From Mobula hypostoma (taxonomy: Eukaryota): DNA of 64,000 bases. Under the pieces are notes generated by a model. The model was not told the DNA's origin, did not search any database, and worked only from the letters and a program-made list of their open reading frames with translations. This document shows, in pieces, positions 63,346-64,000 of this stretch. Every line of letters starts with the position of its first letter. Within the stretch, counting starts at the first letter, position 1. The stretch covers positions 67,458,001 to 67,522,000 of the forward strand of contig NC_086108.1 of assembly GCF_963921235.1 (NCBI RefSeq), in the 5' to 3' direction. The translations under genes and the position numbers were made by a program.

Positions 63346-64000
63346 AGGTCTTGACTATTAATAAACTCCATTTTTGTTAATGCTACAAAATGTGTTTGTG
63401 TCCTGAATTTGGGTCCACCTGTGCTCCGCACTTGTGACAGAACGGTCTAGCCAAACATGGACCCAGCAGAGACAACCTCTGTTTTCTAAACTCTCGTTAG
63501 CCAGAATCCCTTACTGGAATCCCACCCAGAGCGCAACTTATAGAATTCAAGAAAGTGACTCAAAGTTCCCAGGTATCAGTTTAGGAAAAATTGTGTAATT
63601 ACAGCAACAGTCACAAAAGGTCAATGTGCTGTTAGCCCGTTTTCCCCACTGGCCAAAACCCCCTCCACCCACCCGGGTCATCGATAATGCGGGCAAATCC
63701 GTTAGTTCGCCTGGAGGCTCCCATTGAGGGCAGGGTTACTGTCACAGTCCCGATCGGTTATTCCCTGGTTCCCTTTAAGTTACCCTTGTGTCACAATCAT
63801 GACAATTGACTCCTTTTTTCCTTTATTTCATTGTTTCTCCGTATTTCTTGGGCTCTGTAATTAAAGGCACTTGATTCTCAGCTGAACGGTCAATGTATAG
63901 TGTCAGGCTTACAACTGCTTGGCGCTAGACCATCACCTCACGTCACCAAAGCAAGTGCGAGCAAGTCACCTTGCCGGAGTGAGACAAGTTACATCACCGG

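Larger units (their letters stand above)
60799..64000 (+). mobile_element. Non-autonomous Gypsy-type LTR element: 5' LTR 60799-63439 (contains an RTE insertion), about 300-bp internal region, 3' LTR from 63740 running off the window
   Basis: LTR homologous to solo LTR 8832-9704 and ending TGTGACA; then GAACGGTCTAGCC and ATG GAC CCA GCA (63457) followed by an early stop; PPT GAGGGCAGGG just before 63740. Confidence 0.9.

Overview
Eukaryotic (vertebrate) non-genic or intronic DNA, not prokaryotic. Most of the window is decayed, heavily nested transposable elements: many CR1-clade LINE fragments, Rex1/Babar-like, L2-like and RTE LINEs, Penelope-like elements, tRNA-derived SINEs, Tf1/sushi-type (chromovirus) Gypsy LTR elements and solo LTRs, a Tc1 transposon and a Harbinger-like MITE. 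The repeat mix is most consistent with a cartilaginous fish such as a ray or shark; this is inference only. No intact protein-coding gene, tRNA, rRNA or CRISPR array can be supported. Nearly all listed ORFs are TE remnants or their antisense shadows. The most interesting signals are RNA-level or structural. (1) Minimal type I hammerhead ribozyme motifs sit in Penelope-derived inverted repeats, including a 245-bp insertion that is almost a pure hairpin with one hammerhead on each strand. (2) Two different LTR families carry a self-priming signature: the PBS is complementary to their own LTR rather than to a tRNA. One of them is reduced to about 300 bp of internal sequence. (3) One CR1 has its 3' half inverted and its 3' end duplicated. 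Coordinates were counted by eye; boundaries of old fragments are approximate.
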